Below, piece after piece: positions 7,767 through 14,941 of a DNA stretch of 37,803 nucleotides. The stretch is from positions 1 to 37,803 of IMG/VR virus record IMGVR_UViG_3300036466_000098. One strand, 5' to 3'. Each line of letters opens with the position of its first letter. The first letter of the stretch is position 1. The notes below the pieces were generated by a model. The model made no database searches and was not told the origin of the DNA. It was given only the letters and a program-made list of their open reading frames with translations. A program made the position numbers and the translations under genes. This DNA comes from a virus.

Positions 7767-8711
7767 ATGAGTACACCAAATAAACAATTGATAGCCGCTA
7801 TCCAGCGTATTGCCGAAGGTAGTCCGCTTTTCACCGAAGTGCGGGGATTGCTTAAAGAGATTCAGCGCCGTGGCGGTATAGAGGGCTTGTCGCTCAAGAT
7901 CGGTGCAGATGATGAGTCGGGTGGTGATTGCTGCACCGATCAGAACGAGACCGGCGAACCTGTCGAGAAAGAGAGCGCAGACATAACCGGCGACGCGCCG
8001 ACAGATGTATCGGGCGGCATCGGAGACGACTGGACAGACTGCGAGACCGGCCAGTCTGTTAATTTTTCACCTTGGGGCTTTCCGCAGCCGGAGACGTGTA
8101 AGGATTGTTCGCGGCCTGATCCACAGTGGCAATTTGGTTATGTGTGGACCATGATTTCACCGCCTGACGACCCCTGCAATTATTACGCATCATCGCCTAC
8201 CGGAGCAATGAACAAAGGCTGGCCAGGCGCAGTTGACGGCGTAAACGTAACAGACATACGGGTCGGTGATGTAACAGCGACAGATCAGTCTGGAACGCCA
8301 ACTAGATACTCTATCGAAGCTTTTTATACAGCACTTGACGTGTGGCAGCATATCGGCTCGGTTGTTAGATTGCCTTGTGATGGCAGTCCGCCGTGCAAAG
8401 CTGCATTTTGCACAGAAGAAGCCCCGATCATCGAAGATTGCCAAGATTGGGTGCCAGACAGCACAACCAGCTACACTCTGGCAAACGGATGTATAGTCGC
8501 ATCGAGTTGCGATCCAGATGCAAGCGAGCAGGCTAAGCAGTGTAATGAGTGCATCAATATCTGCGATTCGGAAGGCAATCAGCGCACAATATGCACAACA
8601 GAAAGCGGTGGTTTTAGTGTAACCGACCCGTCAGGACAATTTAACGGCGGCGTCTACAATGCGCAGGGCCAGATGATTTGGCAGATACCCGCAGGATCAA
8701 CGGAGTTTTAA
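7767..8711 (+). CDS. Cysteine-rich, acidic tail-associated protein
   Basis: 314 aa with 16 Cys in CxxC / CxxCxxxC-type clusters and an acidic N-terminal third. It lies inside the tail tip gene block. Confidence 0.5.
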   Translation: MSTPNKQLIAAIQRIAEGSPLFTEVRGLLKEIQRRGGIEGLSLKIGADDESGGDCCTDQNETGEPVEKESADITGDAPTDVSGGIGDDWTDCETGQSVNFSPWGFPQPETCKDCSRPDPQWQFGYVWTMISPPDDPCNYYASSPTGAMNKGWPGAVDGVNVTDIRVGDVTATDQSGTPTRYSIEAFYTALDVWQHIGSVVRLPCDGSPPCKAAFCTEEAPIIEDCQDWVPDSTTSYTLANGCIVASSCDPDASEQAKQCNECINICDSEGNQRTICTTESGGFSVTDPSGQFNGGVYNAQGQMIWQIPAGSTEF

Positions 8712-8714
8712 AAC

Positions 8715-9320
8715 ATGGCACGGAAATACTTAAACAACTACGTCACGTTGCTATCATCAGCAATAACCGACACCGACACCACTATGACAGTCGGCACAGC
8801 TCCGGCGGCACTTGCGGCTGGTGATTATTACCGGCTGCAACTGTCGCTGCGTAATGCTCAAGGTGTACTGACCAAGCAAGAGTTTGTGGATGTTACGGCT
8901 ATTACCGGCAACGATCTGACAATCACACGTGCGGCTGAAGGCTCAACTGCGCTTGCATGGGATGCTGGTGCGCGGGTGGAGTTGGTGGAAACAGCTGAAA
9001 CTTTCAACAATTTTGATCCGTCATCATATCTCACTGAGGAGATAACCCGCTACCGCGAAACTATCGCTACCGCTACAACTACGATAGACCGCGCCGGTGG
9101 CGGCATCCAGACGCTAACTCTGACTGCCGACAGCGCACTAACATGGACGCTCAACAACGGCGAGAAAATCCAGCTCTATCTGACACCTGCTGGTTTTAAC
9201 GTGACGGGCTGGGGCGTGACACACTGGATGACTGCCGTGCCGACACTCGCAACTGAGAATATGATCGTTGTCGAAAAAGTCGGCGGCTCTATATACGCAT
9301 GGGATGGGGGGGGTCGATAA
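8715..9320 (+). CDS. Tail fibre protein (N-terminal anchoring-type module)
   Basis: 201 aa. The N-terminus (GDYYRLQL...FVDVTAITGNDLTITRAAEGSTALAWDAGARV) matches a motif common in phage fibre N-termini. The gene ends in a G8 tract. Confidence 0.55.
   Translation: MARKYLNNYVTLLSSAITDTDTTMTVGTAPAALAAGDYYRLQLSLRNAQGVLTKQEFVDVTAITGNDLTITRAAEGSTALAWDAGARVELVETAETFNNFDPSSYLTEEITRYRETIATATTTIDRAGGGIQTLTLTADSALTWTLNNGEKIQLYLTPAGFNVTGWGVTHWMTAVPTLATENMIVVEKVGGSIYAWDGGGR
9306..9313 (+). repeat. G8 homopolymer at the fibre / LamG gene junction
   Basis: Eight consecutive G at the last codons of the 8715 gene. The -1 frame is open through the tract into the LamG ORF. Confidence 0.9.
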
Positions 9321-10012
9321 TGTTTGGTGCTGATGCGGTTAGGTGTATGCGCCGTAGCTCTGGCGGCGGTGGGGGTGACTCTGACCCTTATTGGGATAAC
9401 GTAGTATCGCTCCTGAAATTTGAGGGCGTCGATCAGAGTAAAGATTTTATTGATGCAAAGGGCGTGGTGTGGAATGCGATCGACAATATAAAGATTGATT
9501 GGTCCGAATATAAATTTGGATTTTCAAGCTGTTTATCAGACGGATCTAACGATAGATTGGAGAAAACAGCACTACAGCACAATTACGGCACCGATGATTT
9601 TACGATAGAGGCGTGGGTAAGACCTATTGGCACAAACGGTATGTTTTTTTCAATAGGTCAATCTTCTTCCGAAATTTTGGTGGGTATGTATTCAGGCAAA
9701 ATATATTGCAGGTCGAACGGATCATCCGGGACTTTTAGCGGTACGCAAACAATATCATTAAACGAATGGCATCACGTAGCACTTGTTCGAGAGAATAACG
9801 GCACATCTTTAAAAGTATATTTAGATGGCGCACTTGAAGCTAGCACGACATACACCCCAGTGTCATTTTCAAATACCCAGCATAAGATTTGCAGCTCACA
9901 GGCTTTCGTCCTCTCTTTAAATGGGTGGATTGATGAATACCGAGTTACTGGTGGTGTTGCGCGATACACTGCCAACTTCACCCCGCCAACTGAACCATTC
10001 CCCGAGGGTTAA
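9320..10012 (+). CDS. LamG / concanavalin-A-like lectin domain protein (probable receptor-binding protein)
   Basis: DFTIEAWV...WHHVALV...LKVYLDGAL...GWIDEYRV...FTPPTEPF is a Laminin_G_3-type signature. TAATG overlap with the upstream gene. The DNA looks AT-richer by eye. Confidence 0.75.
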   Translation: MFGADAVRCMRRSSGGGGGDSDPYWDNVVSLLKFEGVDQSKDFIDAKGVVWNAIDNIKIDWSEYKFGFSSCLSDGSNDRLEKTALQHNYGTDDFTIEAWVRPIGTNGMFFSIGQSSSEILVGMYSGKIYCRSNGSSGTFSGTQTISLNEWHHVALVRENNGTSLKVYLDGALEASTTYTPVSFSNTQHKICSSQAFVLSLNGWIDEYRVTGGVARYTANFTPPTEPFPEG

Positions 10013-10076
10013 TACATGCGCTATAACCCGGAAATAGGGTGCAGAGTAAAATTAACACCACAACACGGGACGCATT

Positions 10077-10529
10077 ATGAACCGCTATAAACACACCGAA
10101 ACAGGTGAAATCAAAACCCACCAGCAGTGGCAAAACGCGCTCAATTGCAGCTTTCATCCCGACCGGTTGCCGGAGTTTTTGATCGTGCCGCAATATATCG
10201 CACCTGAACCAACACTAGAACAACGCCGCGAACGACAGCGGCAGGTACTCAAACAGGATCGCATTGAACGCGTATCCGCACCGATTAATAACGTGCAAGT
10301 CGCTACGCCGGAAGACCGCGAAAACGTGGAGTGGGCGGCTAGTAACGTGGAGTCGATAGACTGGATCATGGCGGATAACACTATCCAGACGCTGACGGCG
10401 GCTGATTTACAGGCTGTGATCAGTCAGTATCCGCTGCGCAAGATGGATCTGTTTTCCGTGTACGCTGGATTGCTGACGCAGCTCGCTGAATCAGATGAGC
10501 CTGAGCTGATCGTCTGGCCCGATAACTGA
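10077..10529 (+). CDS. Putative tail fibre assembly / DUF4376-like protein
   Basis: 150 aa. The C-terminal half (W..ADN...TLTAADLQAV) resembles DUF4376. It follows the fibre genes. Confidence 0.4.
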   Translation: MNRYKHTETGEIKTHQQWQNALNCSFHPDRLPEFLIVPQYIAPEPTLEQRRERQRQVLKQDRIERVSAPINNVQVATPEDRENVEWAASNVESIDWIMADNTIQTLTAADLQAVISQYPLRKMDLFSVYAGLLTQLAESDEPELIVWPDN

Positions 10530-10535
10530 TATAAT
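10527..10535 (+). promoter_or_regulatory. Extended -10 promoter candidate (TGATATAAT) ahead of the lysis cassette
   Basis: TGnTATAAT overlaps the stop codon (10527-10529) of the upstream 10077..10529 gene and lies 40 nt upstream of the holin start. Confidence 0.45.
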
Positions 10536-10574
10536 CTGAGACTATCACAAACGGCTAACTGATAAGGATACGCT

Positions 10575-10877
10575 ATGCCTGACAACATCAAACAGTTTAT
10601 TGAGTCAGTACCGGCTGGCGTATGGGGGTCTAGTGTTATGGCAGCAGCGCTGTCTGTGTTGCGAATATTAGGCGATGAGCAGTCGAAAAAGTGGCAGCGC
10701 CTGGCGATTGAGGTTCCGGCGGCTGGTTGTATTGCCACGGCGGTTGCGCTTAGTCTAGCTGAGTTTGGCGTGGGTCACGGCACCGCTACGCTTGTCGGTG
10801 CCATGATCGGCCACCTTGGCACCGACTATGTGCGCGAAACGGCGCGGCGCTTTGTGAGTAAGAGGGTGGATAAATGA
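10575..10877 (+). CDS. Putative holin
   Basis: 100 aa with 2-3 hydrophobic segments and a charged C-terminus. AAGGA RBS. It overlaps the endolysin start. Confidence 0.55.
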   Translation: MPDNIKQFIESVPAGVWGSSVMAAALSVLRILGDEQSKKWQRLAIEVPAAGCIATAVALSLAEFGVGHGTATLVGAMIGHLGTDYVRETARRFVSKRVDK

Positions 10878-11347
10878 TGTTTGACACGGCAGTTGAGTTA
10901 ATCCTGAAGCATGAAGGGGGATGGGTTCAGGACGAAAACGACCCCGGCGGCGAAACGAATTACGGCATAAGCAAGCGTGCTTATCCTGATATCAACATCA
11001 AGGAGCTAACCCGCGATGACGCAAAGCAGATATACCGACGCGATTATTGGGATGCAATCCGAGCTGATGAAATGCCAGAGCCGGTGGCTGTCGCAGTGTT
11101 TGACATGGCCGTTAACGCTGGTGTGCGCACAGCAATCCGCCTACTACAGCGCGTTGTGCGCGTCACAGATGACGGCATTATCGGGCCGGTCACGCTCGCA
11201 GCGGTCAACAGCGCTAAGCCCGATGAGATCGCTGTACGCTATGCTGCCGAAAGGCTGATGCACTATGCGGCTATACCAGGCTGGCAGCGCTACGGGCGGG
11301 GCTGGGCGCGGCGTGTGATTGAAACGACACTGGAGGGTTTGAAATGA
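10874..11347 (+). CDS. Endolysin, GH108 lysozyme domain plus PG_binding_3-like C-terminus
   Basis: The N-terminus (ILKHEGGWVQDENDPGGETNYGIS) is the GH108 signature. Confidence 0.85.
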   Translation: MMFDTAVELILKHEGGWVQDENDPGGETNYGISKRAYPDINIKELTRDDAKQIYRRDYWDAIRADEMPEPVAVAVFDMAVNAGVRTAIRLLQRVVRVTDDGIIGPVTLAAVNSAKPDEIAVRYAAERLMHYAAIPGWQRYGRGWARRVIETTLEGLK

Positions 11348-11541
11348 AAACACTAATCACCGCATGTGTGATGGCCGTCACACTTCAGGGCTGTACCGTG
11401 CTTGACGCAGCCGACTACGCTGTTAGCCGATACTGCTCGGTCCCGAATCCGGCACGGCTCGCCAACCGTGAAGCTGTCGCGCTCGCTGTAGCGCCAAACC
11501 GCATCGAAATTGAGTGCGCAAAAGATGCCGTTTCTCAATAA
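11344..11541 (+). CDS. Small lipoprotein (possible o-spanin-like lysis accessory)
   Basis: 65 aa with a signal peptide ending in the lipobox LQGC. ATGA overlap with the endolysin gene. It is not proline-rich, so a spanin role is uncertain. Confidence 0.6.
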   Translation: MKTLITACVMAVTLQGCTVLDAADYAVSRYCSVPNPARLANREAVALAVAPNRIEIECAKDAVSQ

Positions 11542-11869
11542 GATGGTGGCAACGCCTACGACCGGCAAGATGTGGCGACTGGTTGAGCCGCTTCGGTATC
11601 AGACCAACGGCGGGCGGATTGTCGAGATTCCGGCGGGGTTTGAATGCGATCTGGCGTCAATACCAGGTCCGGCCCGTTGGCTGTTTCCTGTCAACGGCGA
11701 CTGGACAGAGGCAGCAGTAGTGCATGACTGGCTATATGATCAGCGGATAAGGGAGCGCAAGGAGGCTGATCAGATATTCCTGAAGGCCATGGAGGAGTTG
11801 GGCGTTAGCTGGTGGCGGCGGCATGTAATGTATGCAGCGGTGCGAGTTGGCGGCTGGTTGTACTGGTAA
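11525..11869 (+). CDS. DUF1353 domain protein
   Basis: IPAGFECDLASIP...AAVVHDWLY...EADQIF matches the DUF1353 pattern. ATG 11543 is an alternative start. Confidence 0.7.
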   Translation: MPFLNKMVATPTTGKMWRLVEPLRYQTNGGRIVEIPAGFECDLASIPGPARWLFPVNGDWTEAAVVHDWLYDQRIRERKEADQIFLKAMEELGVSWWRRHVMYAAVRVGGWLYW

Positions 11870-11890
11870 AAAAGCCCCTTAACGGGGCTG
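11868..11890 (-). terminator. Terminator hairpin at the convergence of the late (+) and early (-) arms
   Basis: Stem AGCCCC / GGGGCT. An A-run lies on the + side, which reads as a T-run on the - strand. Confidence 0.6.
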
Positions 11891-11982
11891 TCGAAGATCA
11901 CAAAACCTTGGACCGGTTTTATGATTAGCTGGTTCCTGACTCCAGCCTGATACGCTCCGTCGGGAGCGTATGGAGCTGTAGC

Positions 11983-12150
11983 CTAGAGCTTGCAGGCACC
12001 ACCGGCGCAGTCGTTGAGGTCGATGGATTCTAGCTCTTTGGCTTCACGCAATACGCCAGCGAGACGCTCAATCAGCACGTAATCCTCTGAGTGCTCATCC
12101 AGTGCTTGCAGCACTTCGTTCAGCTCATCAATATCCAGTTCAACCTGCAT
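11983..12150 (-). CDS. Small, highly acidic protein (55 aa)
   Basis: ATG at 12150 has a GGAGGTG RBS. 15 D/E versus 4 K/R. It is the last gene of the early arm. Confidence 0.6.
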   Translation of the reverse strand: MQVELDIDELNEVLQALDEHSEDYVLIERLAGVLREAKELESIDLNDCAGGACKL

Positions 12151-12289
12151 CTCGCACCTCCGCAATATCATCCTCCGCCAGCGCATTGCCGCGCATGTCG
12201 GCGTAGTCAATATGTGTCTCGTAGTATCGGCGCACACCCTCGATAATGCGGCCATCGGTCAGGTAGATTGTGACTCGTTCGGTGTTCAT
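12140..12289 (-). CDS. Hypothetical protein (49 aa; below the ORF-track size cutoff)
   Basis: Translated by hand as MNTERVTIYLTDGRIIEGV.... ATGA overlap with the upstream gene. Confidence 0.45.
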   Translation of the reverse strand: MNTERVTIYLTDGRIIEGVRRYYETHIDYADMRGNALAEDDIAEVRDAG

Positions 12290-12456
12290 AGCATCCGCTC
12301 CGTTTCAGTTTCGGCAGGTTCTTCCCACATGTCGTCTTGCTCGCTAGTACGGCGGTGCAGGTCGCGCATGGTGTCCGCGATTCGGTTATCCAGATATTCC
12401 TCGGTCATAATAGCGTCGAACTCTTCGCGCCATTGCATCAGCTTAACTGTGTCCAT
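12286..12456 (-). CDS. Small acidic protein (56 aa; below the ORF-track size cutoff)
   Basis: Translated by hand as MDTVKLMQWREEFDAIM.... 17 D/E versus 7 K/R. Its ATG shares one base with the DUF551 gene stop codon (TAATG overlap). Confidence 0.5.
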   Translation of the reverse strand: MDTVKLMQWREEFDAIMTEEYLDNRIADTMRDLHRRTSEQDDMWEEPAETETERML

Positions 12457-12680
12457 TATTCTGACTCCTGTTCTGGTGGTGGCGGTAGCGGCATCCAGTG
12501 AGTGACTTTTGTATCGCTACCCAGACGTACCCACTCGTTAAACCATACGTGCCATGCACCGTCATGGTAGCTAGCTATTTCTATCTGATATTCGATATAC
12601 GCAAGGACAGCTATGCTGTTTTTATACGGAGACGATTCAATCTCCGGCATCCTATCCTTGGTGCTGATCCACTCGCTCAC
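12456..12680 (-). CDS. DUF551 domain protein
   Basis: WISTKDRMPE...VTHWMPLPPPP matches the DUF551 pattern. GTG start with a GAGGAGG RBS and a GTGA overlap. Confidence 0.7.
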   Translation of the reverse strand: MSEWISTKDRMPEIESSPYKNSIAVLAYIEYQIEIASYHDGAWHVWFNEWVRLGSDTKVTHWMPLPPPPEQESE

Positions 12681-12892
12681 TTCATCGCCTCCTCACTATG
12701 CACCCGCGCCATGACGCGCAGGGTGTCGTCTGTAATGCACGCGTGGTGCTTCATGTCGTCCAATGCTCTGGCGATAACATTCACCAACAGCGCATTGTCG
12801 TTCCGCTCAGCCGTCAACGCAGCCTGGTACTCACGCAGCGCCTGCTGTTGTTCTTCGACGATCCGCTTATTGCCCTTAACCGGGGTTAGCAT
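12677..12892 (-). CDS. Hypothetical protein
   Basis: 71 aa with an AAGGAGG RBS. Confidence 0.6.
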   Translation of the reverse strand: MLTPVKGNKRIVEEQQQALREYQAALTAERNDNALLVNVIARALDDMKHHACITDDTLRVMARVHSEEAMK

Positions 12893-13047
12893 TTTGTCCT
12901 CCTTGCCGTGTATTCGCAGACCGCCACAAAAACAGCGGGGCGGTCTCGGTGCCAGTTAGCCAGCGTCTGTACTGAGACGCCGACCGCTTCTGAGACGGCG
13001 GCTAGGCTTTTGCAGCCTAGCACCTTGGCTTGTTCGGATGGCTTCAT
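12886..13047 (-). CDS. Small HTH DNA-binding protein (53 aa; below the ORF-track size cutoff)
   Basis: Translated by hand as MKPSEQAKVLGCKSLAAVSEAVGVSVQTLANW..., which has an HTH-like core. ATGA overlap with the upstream gene. Confidence 0.5.
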   Translation of the reverse strand: MKPSEQAKVLGCKSLAAVSEAVGVSVQTLANWHRDRPAVFVAVCEYTARRTKC

Positions 13048-13250
13048 TGTGCTGCCCAATTTGCTGCGCAGCGCTCAGCGTCCGCTTTGCTGCGGGAGAC
13101 GTACTCACATTCTGTGCCGGTATCTGTCACCCCAGACACGACCCATTTTTCAAACTTAAACGGGCCACAAATGGGTTCAAAAAACTGTTCCAGGTTGTAG
13201 GCTTCAACGGCTTCATAAGTCACTTTGTGGTTTATAGTTACGTTGTTCAT
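13044..13250 (-). CDS. Hypothetical protein
   Basis: 68 aa from ATG 13250 (MNNVTINHK...). It is the first gene after the AT-rich promoter gap. Confidence 0.55.
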   Translation of the reverse strand: MNNVTINHKVTYEAVEAYNLEQFFEPICGPFKFEKWVVSGVTDTGTECEYVSRSKADAERCAANWAAQ

Positions 13251-13288
13251 GTCGTTTGCTCCGTTCGTTGTGTCTTGCTGTTGAGTTA

Positions 13289-13316
13289 ATAATAGCAAAC
13301 TATTTGATCAGTGCAA
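13289..13316 (-). promoter_or_regulatory. Sigma70-type promoter candidate (TTGCAC-N16-TATTAT, with TGC before the -10)
   Basis: The only AT-rich non-coding gap in this part of the early arm. The - strand reads TGCTATTAT, related to the late motif. Confidence 0.45.
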
Positions 13317-13343
13317 ACAAAAAACAAAAATATTTTTATCTTT

Positions 13344-13553
13344 TTAGGGATAGCACCAACCAATCACACTATTGCTATCGATCATATGGCCGGTCGTGAC
13401 GCACCGGTACTGCGTCCGTGCGCGACGTGATTCCAGCCACTGATCCCGCTGGATCTTCCAGATCGTGCCGTCGTCAACGGCGATCAGCACTGGCACGTCA
13501 ACCGGTGGCAAGTCGGTGTTCCAGTGCATGAGGCGCATGTCTTGTAGGTTCAT
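13344..13553 (-). CDS. Hypothetical protein
   Basis: 69 aa from ATG 13553 (MNLQDMRLMHW...). ATGA overlap and an AGGGAG RBS. Confidence 0.55.
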   Translation of the reverse strand: MNLQDMRLMHWNTDLPPVDVPVLIAVDDGTIWKIQRDQWLESRRARTQYRCVTTGHMIDSNSVIGWCYP

Positions 13554-13855
13554 CGAGTTCTCCCTGATGTTATATCGCATACAGTGCATACCTTTTCGCC
13601 CATCACCGTTGCGATCTCGTTCACGGTAAAACCGGCATCGTACAGTGCGCCGATCATTGCAGCCTTGACGTTAGATATCTTGGCGTTCCAGTGGTGCTCA
13701 CCGTGCAGCCTGCCGTTAAGTTTGAGCAGCTTTACACGGTGGTGTACCCCGCTCTTTGTCCGCCCGAGTATCATCGCGATCTCTTCGGCTGTCTTGACTC
13801 CTGCCAGCTTGCGCAACTGGGCATCTTCGACAGGCGTCCAGAATCGCCTGCTCAT
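13550..13855 (-). CDS. HTH DNA-binding protein (Myb/SANT- or sigma region 4-like)
   Basis: WTPVEDAQLRKLAGVKTAEEIAMILGRTKSGVHHRVKLL resembles such HTH domains. AGGAGAGG RBS. Confidence 0.55.
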   Translation of the reverse strand: MSRRFWTPVEDAQLRKLAGVKTAEEIAMILGRTKSGVHHRVKLLKLNGRLHGEHHWNAKISNVKAAMIGALYDAGFTVNEIATVMGEKVCTVCDITSGRTR

Positions 13856-14040
13856 CCTAGCCTCTCCTGATAGTCTTCACAACGGCGCTTCCATCCAAAG
13901 TCGCCGTGATGGTTATCTTTGCGCGGCGCGTAGAATCGTGGTCTATGGCCTTTCTGGCAGTGCATATGCACCTTGCCAGCGTTGTCGTTCCAGTGCGCAG
14001 CATATGCGCACTGGTCACAGTTGCGGGTTACAGCAGCCAT
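13852..14040 (-). CDS. Small zinc-binding-like protein
   Basis: 62 aa from ATG 14040. Contains CDQC...HMHC. The longer upstream extension overlaps the MazG-like gene. Confidence 0.45.
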   Translation of the reverse strand: MAAVTRNCDQCAYAAHWNDNAGKVHMHCQKGHRPRFYAPRKDNHHGDFGWKRRCEDYQERLG

Positions 14041-14501
14041 TCGTCGCCGCTCCAATCCGGCGCTTGATAGCTGACCGACTTCAACAGCTTGCCGCGCGGG
14101 TAGTCTGGATGGTCGCACGCAGACCGGCAGGCGTACAGGCCGTCTGAGACTTCGGTGAACTCAACGGTAACGCCGAGGTCGTTGTATTTCAGGGTGGTTG
14201 CATCCAGCTCTTGTAGGGTACAGAGCTTAGACATATTCGACCGGTGGACGATTTCGAAGGCGGCGTCAAGGTTGATGCCAGCCCAGTACGCAGACTCCAT
14301 GATATGACCAATGCGATGCCTGTATTCGGCATCGCTCGTCAGGCCGTCAGCGCGTTTGCCTGCAACAACAACCACGCTATCAGCCAGGGCATCCGCAAGC
14401 TCTGCCAGCTCCTCACGGATCAACTTGTCATGCAGCTCCTTTGGCTGGCCGTTGATGCCGGTCAGGTTGCGGAATTCTTTTACTTTTTCTAAGTAGTTCA
14501 T
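14028..14501 (-). CDS. MazG-like nucleotide pyrophosphohydrolase family protein
   Basis: REELAELADALADSVVV...AFEIVHRSNMSKL matches the all-alpha NTP pyrophosphohydrolase pattern. Confidence 0.65.
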   Translation of the reverse strand: MNYLEKVKEFRNLTGINGQPKELHDKLIREELAELADALADSVVVVAGKRADGLTSDAEYRHRIGHIMESAYWAGINLDAAFEIVHRSNMSKLCTLQELDATTLKYNDLGVTVEFTEVSDGLYACRSACDHPDYPRGKLLKSVSYQAPDWSGDEWLL

Positions 14502-14881
14502 GCTCTAACTCCGAATGGGTTTTTTGATACGGCTTTACTGTCGCCGACTTTTTTCCACGCTGGTGATTCATGCCCACGGCTGCCGACAAACGGCAGGGTT
14601 TCGATATTATCCAGCAGCTCACGATCCGGCAAATCGCGGAATCGCGTCAGTATGATGTAATAGGATGGATCGCCAGACCTGACGCTTGGTTTATCAAGCT
14701 CTGATTGCAGCACTCGCTTTATCGCCTTTATACGGTAGTGCCTCTGGGCATCTTGCTGCATGAGCCGGTCAGTCATTGCGGTTACGTATCGGTTCAGGTC
14801 TGGCTGCATGAGCATTTCCAGACCGGCAATTGTCATTGCGTTTGTGACTGTTGCCACTGCTCGGTTTGTTGCGTTTGACAT
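14498..14881 (-). CDS. Hypothetical protein
   Basis: 127 aa from ATG 14881. ATGA overlap with the MazG-like gene downstream. Confidence 0.55.
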   Translation of the reverse strand: MSNATNRAVATVTNAMTIAGLEMLMQPDLNRYVTAMTDRLMQQDAQRHYRIKAIKRVLQSELDKPSVRSGDPSYYIILTRFRDLPDRELLDNIETLPFVGSRGHESPAWKKVGDSKAVSKNPFGVRA

Positions 14882-14941
14882 ACTCAATCGTCCGTTTGTT
14901 GTTCTGGTGGAGCCAGCGCCGGAACGCTGGCGGGTGGCGAT

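Noticed and set aside
11950-11971. Strong 9-bp-stem hairpin (ATACGCTCC / GGAGCGTAT) as a terminator
   Set aside because: It has no U-tract on either strand. It may add RNA 3'-end stability between the convergent arms, but that cannot be established here.
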